DNA from: Octopus sinensis
Lineage: Eukaryota
DNA length: 64,000 nucleotides
Assembly (NCBI RefSeq): GCF_006345805.1
Contig: NC_043014.1
Location: 8,866,001 to 8,930,000 of the forward strand
Direction: 5' to 3'
The notes below the pieces were generated by a model. That model worked only from the letters and a program-made list of their open reading frames with translations, did no database searches and was not told where the DNA came from. Positions within the stretch are counted from its first letter, which is position 1, and every line of letters begins with the position of its first letter. Positions 26,395-39,221 of the stretch are shown piece by piece. The position numbers were made by a program, and so were the translations under genes.

Positions 26395-26700
26395 ATCAAA
26401 ATTCAATGGAAATTGTAGTTGTGATCCCTGTGCCGGTGGCACGTAAAATGCACCATCCGAACGTGGCCGATGCCAGTGCCGCCTTGACTGGCTTCCGTGC
26501 CAGTGGCACATAAAAAGTACCTACTACACTCATGGAGTGGTTGGCGTTAGGAAGGGCATCCAGCCGTAGAAACATTGCCAGATCAGATTGGAGCCTGATG
26601 CAGCCTCCTGGCTTCCCAGACCCCGTTTGAACCGCCCAACGCATGCTAGCACGGTAAACGGACGCTAAACGATGATGATGATGATGATGATGATGATGAC
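26395..26700 (+). mobile_element. (GAT)n-tailed SINE
   Basis: Family sequence plus (GAT)n. Confidence 0.8.
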
Positions 26701-27378
26701 TAACAGGATGCTAGAAGAGCAATAACTAAATCCTATGAAACCAGCGAAAGACGGAAGATGCAATGTGCGATTACATACTGAGTGAAGCAGTGTTGTTGTT
26801 GTTGCTAAGAGCGTTCGTTGAGAGCATTATCAGATTCGTGGACTTCCAGTTTTTTTAATGAGTCAGACATGTAGGACAGAATCAAAAACGCTATTGTATT
26901 CAATCCAGTCATTTGATATACTTACGTCTCATCTAATACTTGATAGTTTGATTAATGTTTAAAGAACTGGTTAATTAATCCATAGGATTTAGTTATTGCT
27001 CTTCAAGCATCCTGTTAGGAATAAGCGACACTTCACTCAGTATGTAATCGCACATTGCATCTTTCGTCTTTCGCTGGTTTCAGTCATTAGACTGCGGCCA
27101 TGCTGGGGCACCGCCTTAAATCAACCCCAGGACTTATTCTTTGTGAGCCTAGTACTTATTCTATCGGGCTCTTTTTGCCAAACTGCTGACTTACGTTGTC
27201 AAGCGACGGTGGACAGACAAACACAAATACAGTGACTGAAACAGGAAAACCTGTATTCTTTGCAATGCACCATTAGGTGAATTTCCTCCTCCCTCAGGCC
27301 TTGGGGTAGCCTCGCACCTTCACATAATACAAAATGCTGCCTTCTCTCGGTCTTTCGATAAAATGTTCTATATCTATA

Positions 27379-27808
27379 GGCGCAGGAGTGGCTGTGTGGT
27401 AAGTAGCTTGCTTACCAACCACATGGTTCTGGGTTCAGTCCCACTGCGTGGCATCTTGGGCAAGTGTCTTCTGCTATAGCCCCGGGCCGACCAAAGCCTT
27501 GTGAGTGGATTTGGTAGACGGAAACTGAAAGAAGCCCGTCGTATATGTGTATATGTATGTGTGTGTGTCTGTGTGTGTGTGTGCGTGCATGTGTGTGTGT
27601 GTGTTTGTGTGTCTGTGTTTGTCCCTCCAACATCGCTTGACAACCGATGCTGGTGTGTTTACGTCCCCGTAACTTAGCAGTTCGGCAAAAGACACCGATA
27701 GAATAAGTACTAGGCTTACAAAGAATAAGTCCTGGGGTCGATGTGCTCGACTAAAGGGCGGTGCTCCAGCATGGCCACAGTCAAATGACTGAAACAAGTA
27801 AAAGAGTA
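27379..27808 (+). mobile_element. CORE-type SINE
   Basis: Full family sequence. Confidence 0.85.
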
Positions 27809-27940
27809 TCAAAAGTTCCTTTTCTATTAACTTTGAAGAGCATTTGCGAAGAATAGCTTTTCATTAAGCATTTTTGCATCCTACGAGGGCAGACTGTTGT
27901 TGGTGTTGTTGCTGAATGTATTGTTTATTATACTGTATAG

Positions 27941-28348
27941 GTGCAGGAGTGGCTGTGTGGTAAGTAGCTTGCTAATCAACCACATGGTTCCGGGTTCAGT
28001 CCCACTGCGTGGCATCTTGGGCATGTGTCTTCTGCTATAGCCCCGGGCCGACCAATGCCTTGTGAGTGGATTTGGTAGACGGAAACTGAAAGAAGCCTGT
28101 CGTATATATGTATATATATATATGTATCTGTGTTTGTTTGTGTGTCTGTGTTTGTACCCTAGCATTGCTTGACAACCGATGCTGGTGTGTTTATGTCCCC
28201 GTTACATAGCGGTTCGGCAAAAGAGACCGATAGAATAATTACTGGGCTTACAAAAAGAATATGTCCCGGGGTCGATTTGCTCGATTAAAGGCGGTGCTTC
28301 AGCATGGCCGCAGTCAAATGACTGAAACAAGTAAAAGAGTAAAGAGAG
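27941..28348 (+). mobile_element. CORE-type SINE
   Basis: Full family sequence. Confidence 0.85.
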
Positions 28349-28749
28349 TATATTTTCGCTTTTTTTTGTAGTTTTTCTTCAAAAATCTATCATTTTCAGG
28401 TTGCATCCATTCATTCTTAAGACGATGGGGTGTTATTTAAGGGATATTTGGCTGCTATTTCTTGCAGGTCATAGAAGATCCCCTATTATCCCCTGCAAAT
28501 CTATCATGAGTGGTAACGAAATCTTGAATGGAGGAGGTTCTGAAAGACATGGGCATATACCATGTTGGAAATGGAATACTAACGATGGCATTCAGGTTTA
28601 AATTTGTAACTTACACAGAAAACATGTTGCCTTTCCTGAGATCTGACATTCATTCCACTTTGTCACTAAATTTCATGACGCCTGGAATTTCCTGAAACTA
28701 TCGTCCCATCTACTATTTATCTTTCTTTATATTGCTAGTTTATAAAACA

Positions 28750-29126
28750 CTAGCAGTATCGCCCGGCGTTGCTCGGGTTTGTTTCGACCCTTTAGAATTG
28801 GAATTTTTGAAAAGTAAAACTTTTGCATGATGTAGCTTGTTATTCTCTTTAAGTGAACATATTTCTAGTTGAAATACACCGAAAAATGGCGACACAGCTG
28901 TCAAAAAATCGTAAAAAATAGGGATTTTCATAGAAAAATAAGCAACTTTTTGATGTAAATGATTTTTGGTGTTAACATGGTCCGATTTGAATTTTTTTCT
29001 TCTACGAAAAGAAGAGCAAGCCGTCTTCTATCATACTCTCAATTTTGGTCAACTTGTGCCGCAGGGTCTCGGAGGAGATAGTGTTTGTTGAAGGCTACCA
29101 AACCTGCCATACACACACAACTTCAG

Positions 29127-29135
<9 letters not shown>
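28750..29135 (-). mobile_element. Non-autonomous Helitron family B
   Basis: Minus 3' end CCCGAGCAACGCCGGGCGATACTGCTAG|T; 5' end TATATAAAGCTGAAGTTG. Confidence 0.85.
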
Positions 29136-29166
<31 letters not shown>

Positions 29167-29330
29167 ATGTGGTGTGTGTGTGTGGTGTGTGTGTGTGTGT
29201 GCAGGAGTGGCTGTGTGGTAAGTAGCTTGCTTACCAACCACAAGGTTCCGGGTTCAGTACCACGGCGTATAGTATCTTCTACTATAGCCTCGGGCCGACC
29301 AAAGCCTTGTGAGTGGATTTGGTAGACGGA

Positions 29331-29715
29331 ACCCAACCAAATTCACAGAAATGTCAATGTAAAAAGGGAAAACAGATTAGGTTTATCCGTGAAAAGAAAA
29401 GCCTACGGAAACACCACGGTAACCTTGGGCAAGAATGTCATACAAAAAGCACATTACAGTAAATGTCTCTCTTTTTCCTTTCTTTTTTTCGTTCATAGGA
29501 TCATGCTCAAGGTGGCTTCGTCATTCATACGTGCCATCCTTGCTACATTCACCCATCTCTTTTTTTAAAACATTCGCTAGACAAATCTTGCCTCTTTACT
29601 CTAACTTTCCTCTTCAAGTGATACTTGAAGAAGTTGATGAGAGGTTGACCAGAGAGGAAAGTGTTTGTCTCCAATCCTTTCAGATGCGTCCACCAGATAC
29701 ATTCTTTCGCCATAG
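29331..29715 (-). pseudogene. Tx1/L1-like LINE ORF2 C-terminus plus 3' UTR
   Basis: AKECIWWTHLKGLETNTFLSGQPLINFFKYHLKRKVRVKRQDLSSECFKKR resembles L1/Tx1 ORF2 ends. Confidence 0.5.
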
Positions 29716-31606
29716 TTGGTGGTGGTCGTGGCAGAGTTGTCCGTAGTAGTCGTTGACTGTGAAGTTGTCGTCTGGGTTCTTCCAATTCTTCGTGTGTCGG
29801 CGTCCATGCTCGCACCTGCACCTGTCTCGCTCCTCCCCTTCTTTCCCTCCCTCGTGAAGCAGTGGGGAAGGGGAGGGGAGGGAAATCAACGTCGTAAGCG
29901 TTGTCAAGGAGACCACCGTTCTTCTCGAAGAACGACTTCATGGCTTTGAAGTCGCCATGCTCAAAGCAGGAAATGGCTAGGAAAGCCGAAGACGAATTTA
30001 CAAAATGGGGAAACACGCCGCACAAAGGCAGGTTTCCCGTGCAAAGAATTTGCACAACCGAATGTATTTTGTATTTATTAGTTGTTGCACAATAGACGTC
30101 ATTGATTAGTTGAAATTGCAGAAGAAAAAACAGCAAATATCTTACAAACTCTAGAATTTTCTGAATAAAGCCAAGAGAAAAAAATGTTTTATTTTGACAC
30201 ATTCTACAAGTATACGAAGTTTAAAATGTTTTTGAGAAGAACGGTGGTCTCCTTGACAACGCTTCACAGATGCATGTGTGCCCTGGATCCGACACACGGA
30301 AAATTGGTGGTTGGTTGTGGTGGTGTGGTGGTGGTGTGGTGATGGTGGTGGCGGTGGTGATGATGATGGTGGTGGTGGGATGATGATGGTGGTGGTGGTG
30401 ATGATGATGGTGTGGTGGTGGTGATGATGGTGTGGTGGTGATGGTGGTGGTGGTGATGATGATGTGGTGATGGTGGCGGTGGTGATGGTGGTGGTGGTGG
30501 TGGAGTGGTGATGGTGGTGGTGATGGTGGGGTTGGTGATGGTGGTGGTGATGGCCGTGATGGTGGTGGTGGTGATGGTGGTGGTGGTAGTGATGGTGGTG
30601 GTGGTGGTGGTGGTACGGCGATGGTGGTGTTGGTGGTGGTGGCGGCGATGATGGTGGTGATGGTGGCGGCGATGGTGGTGGTGATGGTGGTGGTGGTGGT
30701 GGCGGTGGTGGTGATGATGGTTGTGGTGGAGTTGGTGATGGTGGTGTTGTTGATGGTGGTGATGGTGGTGATGATGGTTGTGGTGGCGTTGGTGGTGGTT
30801 GTGGCGGTGATGGTGGTGGTGATGGTGACGGCGATGGTGGTGGTGATGGTGGTGGTGATGGCGGTGATGGTGGTGGTGATGGTGGCGGCGATGGTGGTGG
30901 TGATGGTGGTGGTGATGTGGTGGTGATGGTTGTGGTGGTGATGGTGGTCGTGGTGGTGATGGTGGTGGTCGTGGTGGTCGTGGTGGTCGTGGCAGAGTTG
31001 TCCGTAGTAGTCGTCGACTGTGAAGTTGTCGTCTGGGTTCTTCCAATTCTTCGTGTGTCGGCGTCCATTCTCGCACGTGCGCCTGTGTTGCTCCTCCCCT
31101 TTTTTCCCTCCCTCGTGAAGCAGTGGGGAAGGGGAGGGGAGGTAAATCAACGTCGTAAGCGTTGTCAAGGAGACCACCGTTCTTCTCGAAGAAGGACTTC
31201 ATGGCTTTGAAGTCGCCATGCTCAAAGCAGAAAATGGCTAGGAAAGCCGAAGACGAATTTACAAAATGGGGAAACACGCCACACAAAGGCAGGTTTCCCG
31301 TGCAAAGAATTTGCACAACCGAATGTATTTTGTATTTATTAGTTGTTGCACAACTTTTACATAAAAAATATTATCCAAACACAAACTTTTGAAGACAATA
31401 AAAAGGCAAGCTTACTACTATATAGTAGTCCTTTTGCTGCTATTTCTAAAATTTTCGGTATGTGGTCAAGCAGGTTGTTGCAAAAACCCTTATTATTATA
31501 ATTATATAAGTTTTTCACCGAATATGGTCTTTTTCCATACCGAAATACTACTAGGTGAAATTTGTTGATTTTATTAAAGTAATTATATTTCACCCTATAT
31601 CAGTAA

Positions 31607-31693
<87 letters not shown>

Positions 31694-31784
31694 ATCCAAA
31701 CAGGAAGCACAAAAAACACAAGAACGCAAGGACGTGGAGCAATGTAGTATTATTGGACGCTTAGGAAAGAAGGAGAGAAGGAGG

Positions 31785-31819
31785 GTTTAACGTTTCGAGC
31801 GGAGATCTTCGTCGGAAAC
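31785..31819 (-). ncRNA. Mirror copy of the 13126-13160 hammerhead-like motif
   Basis: Identical sequence on minus strand. Confidence 0.5.
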
Positions 31820-31989
31820 ATAGGAGAAGGAAAGATTCAGAGAAGGGAAGACAGAGGGAAAAAATCGCCAACGGTACACCCAAGGTCACATTTTGATATA
31901 TATATATATATATATACGAGGGGCGTTCAATAAGTAATGCCCCTGACCCACTTCCCATAGCAGTAGAGCAACGAAACTTGGCACAGTTA

Positions 31990-33040
31990 TTAGTCTTTTT
32001 CTACATAAGAACCATCTAGAGTTACGCATTTCTCCCATCGTTTGATGCAGCTCTGGAGACCGTTTTTGTAGAAGACTCCAGCCTGGTCCTCCAGCCACGA
32101 CGTGACTTCAGAAATCAAGGCTGCATCATCTGGGAAACGCTTTCCTTTCAAAAACAACTTCATGACTGGGAAGAGGTGAAAATCAGAGTGTGTAAGGTCA
32201 GGAGAGTAGGCGGGGGAGGAGAAGTTCATAGCCGCACGTCTGTGCTTCTGATCTGGCGACACGCGAGTTGTGGACCGGAGCGTTGTCCTGCAGGAGGCGG
32301 ATGCCTTTGCTGATCTTGCCCCGCCTCTTGATTTTGATAGCTTCTCTTAATTTCCTCAAAAGTGAAGCATAATAGGCTCCTGTAATTGTGGTACCCTTTG
32401 CCAGGAAATCTGTCATCACTACTCCGTCCTGATCCCAGAAGACTGTGAGCATGACCTTGCCAGCGGAGGGCTACACCCTTGCTTTCTTTGGAGGAGGTGA
32501 GTCACGGTACTTCCACTGCATTGACTGGGCTTTGGTCTCTGGATCATAGTGATGGACCCAGGTTTCATCCTGTGTAATCAGTCTGTTGAAAACTTTTGAC
32601 TCATCTTCTTGGAACATCTCCAAATTCATCCTCGAGCACTCGACGCGTTCTTGCTTCTAGAAAGGTGTGAGCAACCTGGGAATACATCTGGCAGACAACT
32701 TTTGTATATGCAAATGGTCATGAATGATAGTTTCCACAGACCCGGTACTAATCTTGACCTCATGGGCTATTTGGCGAATAGCTATGCGTCGATCTTCCAA
32801 AATGGCAGCTTCAACTTGACGGACAGATGCCTCATCAATAGCAGAAGTGCGGCGACCAGATCTGGGAGCTGTTTCCACAGAGTTCCGACCATGTTTGAAT
32901 TCACGACGCTAGCGTTTTACAATGTCATATGATGGGGCATCATCACCATAAGTTACTTTCATTTCATCAAAAGTCTCCACTGGTGTGCGTCCTTTCAAAT
33001 ACAAAAACCGGATCACTGCTCGACACTCAACAAGCTCCAT
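31990..33040 (-). pseudogene. Mariner DD34D transposase, 3 in-frame stops and 1 frameshift
   Basis: MELVECRAVIRFL..., CIPRLL (WVPREL-like), TQDETWVHHYD, LQDNAPVH, PAYSPDLTHSDFHLF. Confidence 0.93.
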
Positions 33041-33186
33041 TTCACACTTGACTCAGTTCAAACACCTGTAAATCAGAAACCACAATTAGTTCAGAGCTGT
33101 AATTTGCCACTTAATCTATAGAGATATAAATAATTGCACATGCAAAATGTCAAACAACTGCGCGATCAATGTCAAAGGTTGCGCGA

Positions 33187-34392
33187 TCGCCGGCGAGGCG
33201 ACTTTCCGATGCCCGGTCGAGTAGGAGGGCGCCGCGGCGTGCATGGAAGCCGCGGGCGCGAGCCCGGGTGAAGCCGACCGCGGGTGCAGATCTCGGTGGT
33301 AGTAGCAAATATTCGAACGAGACCTTCGAAGACCGAAGTGGAGAAGGGTTCCGTGCCAACGGCGGTCGAGCACGGGTCAGTCGGTCCTAAGAAGCGGGCG
33401 AAAGCTTCCACGAAAGGCGCCGGATCCGTCGTTAGAAAGAAGAACTACTCTCGTGGTTCGATATCAGAACGCGGCCGGCCTCGCATCGAAAGGGAATCGG
33501 GTTAATATTCCCGAACCCGAACTCGGAGAGTGCCCGTCCGTCGGCGGGAACGCGGCGTGCTCTTCCTAGCAGCGCGTCCGTCGTCGAAGCCGGCGGCCGG
33601 GCGAAGCAGCGGCAACGCAAGCGAGCCCGGAGACGTTGCCGGGAGCCCCGGGAAGAGTTCTCTCTTCTTCGTAAAGGACCGCGTCCGTGGAATCGGCTCG
33701 TCCGGAGATACGGATATGGTACCTGTAGAGCGCCGCGTCTCGGGCGGCGTCCGGTGCGCTCTCGGCGGCCCTGGAAAATCCGGGTCCGTAACGAATCGCA
33801 GCTCCGAGTCGGGTCCGTACCCACCATCCGCAGCAGGTCTCCAAGGTGTACAGCTCTCTCGTCGATAGCGCCAATGTAGGTAAGGGAAGTCGGCAAAATG
33901 GATCCGTACCTTCGGAAGAAGGATTGGCTCCGAGGACCGGGTCGGTCGGGCCGTGTGTGACGCCTCGCTCCCGCGCGGCCGCGTCGCCGTTCGCTCGGCG
34001 TCGCGCCGCCGGGCGCTAGAACACGTCTTCACGCGAAGCGGCGGACCGGTACGGGGCTGTAGCGTTGGTGTCGGACTCGGCATCCCGGTGCGCCCCATTT
34101 TTCCGGCGGTCGTCGCAGCGTCGGCGGGCAACCCGCTTCGCGCCGGTGCGCGGTCGCGCCTTCGGTCAACGCGGGTCGTCTTCTACGCGCGCGTTCTTTC
34201 CTTCCGCTGCGCTGCGTTCCGTTGCGTGCCGCCGCCTACGGACCTCCCGGTCCGGAAAGCGCGCGCGCGGCCGGGGCGTCGTCGCGGTTGTCGGATCCGC
34301 GCGCGCGGCCTTCTCGTGCGTCGGCGTACCGCGCCTCCCGGCGCGTGCGCGGGCCGTCGTTCGTTGCGGTGGCTCGGTTTCATACGGGGCGC
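33187..34392 (+). rRNA. 28S: Internal 28S rRNA gene fragment (about D7 into D8), non-functional copy
   Basis: Conserved LSU blocks 'gtgcagatctcggtggtagtagcaaatattc', 'gggaatcgggttaatattcccgaacc', 'cagcaggtctccaaggtg', 'gtaggtaagggaagtcggcaa', then a GC-rich expansion segment. Confidence 0.93.
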
Positions 34393-34922
34393 AAGTGGGT
34401 CAGGGGCATTACTTATTGAACGTCCCTCGTATATATATATATATATATATTATATACACACAAACAAACACACACACACACATATATATATATATGAGAG
34501 AGAGATATGGAGATATATATATATGTGGGTGTATATAGATATATATTCATATATTCAAAGATGCGTATGAATATTAGAAGAAATATATATATATATATAT
34601 ATATATTTATATTATATATATACATACACACACACATACATATATATCATACTCACACACACATATTTTTCCATGCATACATACATGTGTGTGTTTAATG
34701 CAACTTTGTATACATGAACAACTGACGTAAGCTGCATGTAATATGAAAGCCTGCACATGCTCCCCCCGCTATATATACACACATACGTACACCCCCACAT
34801 ATGTATACACACACACACACACACAAAATTCAACCATCCGTAAACACATAAGGAAATGCTCCATGCTTGATCGCATGGTTTAGACATATGCACATATTAT
34901 GCATATACAAAATATACATACA

Positions 34923-35709
34923 CTAGCAGCATAGCCCAGCGTTGCCCGGGTATGTAAGAGCCCCTAGTAGGCAACGACTAATCCCAATCTAGTCCTTTCC
35001 CTCTAGGGAACGAATGCGCCTGTGTAGGTTGCAATGTCTTCTTTTCACTCCCAAATAACTATCAAACAGCTATCGATAATTCATCCCAACCAATTGCGTC
35101 CCCTAGACAGTCTGTGGTTTGTGTTTAAAACACAAATCGGTTTGCTATGTGTGCCATATATGATTTAATTAACCGATTTTTTCCAGTAATAAAGTATCAT
35201 ATTGGAATAAAAAGGGCCATATAGCTCCTTGGACCAGACATGATGCTCGCTGTGAATTTTTTAAAAAATTCCTGCCAATTTGTGAAAGATATTGTCGAAA
35301 ATATGTCATCTTGAATTTGAACGCGATTTCCCAAAATGGCATGATTTTATCGATTTTTTCTGATGGTAAGGTATTGCATGGAAAACTAACGACAGAATTA
35401 AGTTTCTTATGGTAACATTAAGCTTCACCATGAGTTTGGTGAAAATCGATTGCAAGTTGCGAAAACTACAACAGAAAATGTGTTGCATATAAAAAGCTTA
35501 GATTCTCGACCCCATGTCGAATTTATCGATTTTTTTCAGAACTGGGAGAACTTTTCACAATTTTCGCTGCGTTAGTTTTGAATTATGACATTGGGCTATG
35601 TGTGTGTCAAGTTTCATCAGAATCGGTTGAAAGCCGTGGTCAGGGTGAGGGTACAACCTGACAGACACACAGACACACAGACAGACAAACTGCCGTTTAT
35701 ATAGGGAGA
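34923..35709 (-). mobile_element. Non-autonomous Helitron family A, full length
   Basis: Minus: A|TCTCCCTATATAAACGG ... hairpin ... CTAG|T. Confidence 0.8.
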
Positions 35710-35726
35710 TATATATATATATATAT

Positions 35727-35911
35727 ACAGGAGTGGCTGCGTGATAAGAGACTTGCTTCCCAAACACATGGTTCCAAGTTCAGTCCCACTGTGTGGCACC
35801 TTGGGGGGGGGGGGGCAAGTGTCTTCTGCTCTAGCCCTGGGCCAACCAAAGCCTTGTGAGTGGATTTGGTAGACGGAAATTGACAGAAGCTCATCGTTAG
35901 ATATATATATA

Positions 35912-35950
<39 letters not shown>

Positions 35951-36190
35951 TATATATATATATGTAGATACTTATGTGTATGTCTTTTGTCTGTTTTTGT
36001 TCCCCAACCCCATCGCTTGAAAATCGATGCTGCTTTGTTTACGTCCCCATAACTTAGTGGTTCGGCAGAAGGTACCGATAAAATAATTACAAAGGCTCAC
36101 AAAGAATAAATCTAGGGGTCGATTTCTTTAACTAAAAAAGCGGTGTTCCATCATGGCCGCAGTCAAATGACTGAAACAAGTAAAAGATTA
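35727..36190 (+). mobile_element. CORE-type SINE (diverged)
   Basis: Family head and tail. Confidence 0.75.
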
Positions 36191-37249
36191 AAAGAATATA
36201 AGAATATAAGAATAAAAGAATAACAGAATATACACAGACATGACAGAAGTAAATAGACACCCCAGGAAATATCGTTCTGTGTTTATTCTAATTTGTAATG
36301 GTTTAGTATTTGTTATTAATTGACATTTTTATGCTTCAGGTTTTATACGTGACTGTTTAATCACGCCATGTACAAAAGAAGCTTTGGAAGTGTCTGAATT
36401 TCAAAGAGGCCGTATTTTGGGGGCATTGTGGGTCATTCTGAAGGTGGACATCGTGAGTTCAGCATCTTAGCCACTAGGCCATGTATCTTCGCACATAACA
36501 CACACACACACACACACAGGCCAACAAGGCTACAACTTCAGGGCTGAAACGCATAAAAGGATATATATATGTATATATATGTATGTGTGTATATATATAT
36601 ATAATATATATATATATATATGTAGATACTTATGTGTATGTCTTTATGTCTGTTTTTGTTCCCCAACCCCATCGCTTGAAAATCGATGCTGCTTTGTTTA
36701 CGTCCCCATAACTTAGTGGTTCGGCAGAAGGTACCGATAAAATAATTACAAAGGCTCACAAAGAATAAATCTAGGGGTCGATTTCTTTAACTAAAAAAGC
36801 GGTGTTCCATCATGGCCGCAGTCAAATGACTGAAACAAGTAAAAGATTAAAAGAATATAAGAATATAAGAATAAAAGAATAACAGAATAACAGAATATAC
36901 ACAGACATGACAGAAGTAAATAGACACCCCAGGAAATATCGTTCTGTGTTTATTCTAATTTGTAATGGTTTAGTATTTGTTATTAATTGACATTTTTATG
37001 CTTCAGGTTTTATACGTGACTGTTTAATCACGCCATGTACAAAAGAAGCTTTGGAAGTGTCTGAATTTCAAAGAGGCCGTATTTTGGGGGCATTGTGGGT
37101 CATTCTGAAGGTGGACATCGTGAGTTCAGCATCTTAGCCACTAGGCCATGTATCTTCGCACATAACACACACACACACACACACACAGGCCAACAAGGCT
37201 ACAACTTCAGGGCTGAAACGCATAAAAGGATATATATATGTATATATAT

Positions 37250-37260
<11 letters not shown>
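35964..37260 (+). repeat. Tandem duplication, period about 658 bp, bounded by (TA)n
   Basis: 'gtagatacttatg' at 35964 and 36622; near-identical units. Confidence 0.9.
36231..36453 (+). mobile_element. Tc1-like 5' end fragment (duplicated at 36898-37120)
   Basis: TA-CACAG...GTAAATAGACACC end; coding-like ...EVSEFQRGRILG...GHSEG. Confidence 0.6.
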
Positions 37261-37330
<70 letters not shown>

Positions 37331-37391
37331 AATACATATATATACATATACATAAATACCATAAATACGTATATACATACATATATCTATC

Positions 37392-37428
<37 letters not shown>

Positions 37429-37443
37429 CAGAAATATATATAT

Positions 37444-37780
37444 ATGGCTCAGTGGTTAGAGCGTCGAGCTTACGATCGTGAGGTTGTGAGCTCGAATCCC
37501 AGACCGGCTGCGTGTTGTGTTCTTGAGCAAAGCACTTTATTTCACGTTGCTCCAGTTCACTCAGCTGTAGAAATGAGTTGCGACGTCACTGGTGCCAAGC
37601 TGTATCGACCTTTGTCTTTCCTTGGATAACACTGGTGGCGTGGAGAGGGGAGGCTGGTATGCATGGGCGACTGCTGGTCTTCCATAAACAACCTTACCCG
37701 GACTTGTGTCTATGAGGGTAACTTTCTAGGAGCAATCCCATGGTCATTCATGACCGAAGGGGGTCTTTACCCTTTACCCT
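37444..37780 (+). mobile_element. tRNA-derived SINE with (ACCCTTT) tail
   Basis: A box 'tggctcagtggttagagc', B box 'gctcgaatcc'. Confidence 0.75.
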
Positions 37781-37800
37781 TATATATATATAATATACAG

Positions 37801-37848
<48 letters not shown>

Positions 37849-38647
37849 ATATATATATACAAAAATACATACATATATACATATATATACATACATAAAT
37901 GCATACATATAAATATACATACATACATACAAACATACATACATACATACATACATACATACAAACATACATACACACATACATACATACAAACATACAT
38001 ACACACATACATACAAACATACATACAAACATACATACACACATACATACAAACATACATACACACATACATACATACATACAAACATACATACAAACAT
38101 ACGTATATATATACATACATACATATATATATACATACATACATATATATATACATACGTACATACACAGTTGTGGTGAGTCTTAGTAACGACTCTGACA
38201 CATTTACTTCAATTCCAGTCTCCCTTTTCTTCTCTTCCCGCTTCTTTCTTTACCTTCTTTTCTGCATCATTTTACATCCCTAAACTTAATGGTAATGTTG
38301 CCCCCCCACCCACCCACCCACCCGACAAAGCCTCCAGATTCCGTGTAATCTACCATTTCTTCTACCACTTCGATGCTTAATGCGAAAATAAATTAATGGT
38401 CTTTTCTTTGTTGCCAGAAAACACGCAAAGTCGACGACAACGCCATTTTGGGTTGGCAGTCATCGCTTTTTTTTGCGATTTTCTTTTTTTATTCTTTGGG
38501 TTTGGTTTTCTTCATTTGTAATTATCTGTAACTACACCTATCTTATGAAGGAGAGAAAGACAGAGAGAGAGAGAGAGAGAAAGAGAGGTGTGTGTGAGGG
38601 GGAGAGCTCAGCTTTTACGACCCTCTCCACTCATTTGCCCATTTATG

Positions 38648-39109
38648 ACATCATTGTTGCCGTCGTCATCATCATCGTCGTCGTTGTCATCGTTGTTATC
38701 ATTGTCATCGTTATCATCGCCGTCATCAACGTCATCGTCATCATCGTCGTCGTCGTCACCATCTTCATCGTTATCGTGATTGTCGTCTTCATCATCATCG
38801 TCGTCGTCATCATTATCATCGTCGCCGTCATCGTCATCATCATCGTCATCGTCATCATCATCGTCATCATCATCATCGTCATCGTCATCATCATCGTCAT
38901 CGTCATCGTTGTCATCGTCATCGTCATCATCATCGTCGTCATCATCATCATCGTCATCGTCATCGTCGTCATCGTCATCGTCATCGTCATCATCATCGTC
39001 ATCATCATCATCGTCATCATCATCATCGTCATCATCACCATCGTCATCGTAATCATCGTCGTCATCATCATCATCATCATCATCATCGTCATTATCATCG
39101 TCATCGTCG

Positions 39110-39162
<53 letters not shown>

Positions 39163-39215
39163 GTCATTATCATCGTCATCGTCATCATCGCCATCATCAC
39201 CATCACTATCATCAG
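38648..39215. repeat. (TCA/TCG)n microsatellite
   Basis: Trinucleotide run. Confidence 0.95.
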
Positions 39216-39221
39216 CAATTA

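Larger units (their letters stand above)
31917..34429 (-). mobile_element. Mariner transposon with captured 28S rDNA
   Basis: 37-bp TIRs at 31917-31953 and 34393-34429 (1 mismatch), TA flanks; 2513 bp, or about 1307 bp without the rDNA. Confidence 0.93.
29716..35014 (-). repeat. Right arm of large inverted duplication
   Basis: Reverse complement of 12466 to about 16300, interrupted by the mariner. Confidence 0.9.

Noticed and set aside
27290-27370. Chromodomain-like peptide ILYYVKVRGYP (minus strand)
   Set aside because: Only about 24 codons, lacks the conserved Trp, and has no integrase context.
33187-34392. Functional rDNA locus
   Set aside because: Internal fragment only; no 18S, 5.8S, ITS or 28S ends are present.
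33150-34570. Arg/Ala-rich ORFs on both strands
   Set aside because: Shadow ORFs of GC-rich 28S sequence.
38400-38470. CAAAATGGCG (YY1-like) motif and possible splice sites
   Set aside because: Single short motif with no supporting ORF or promoter evidence.
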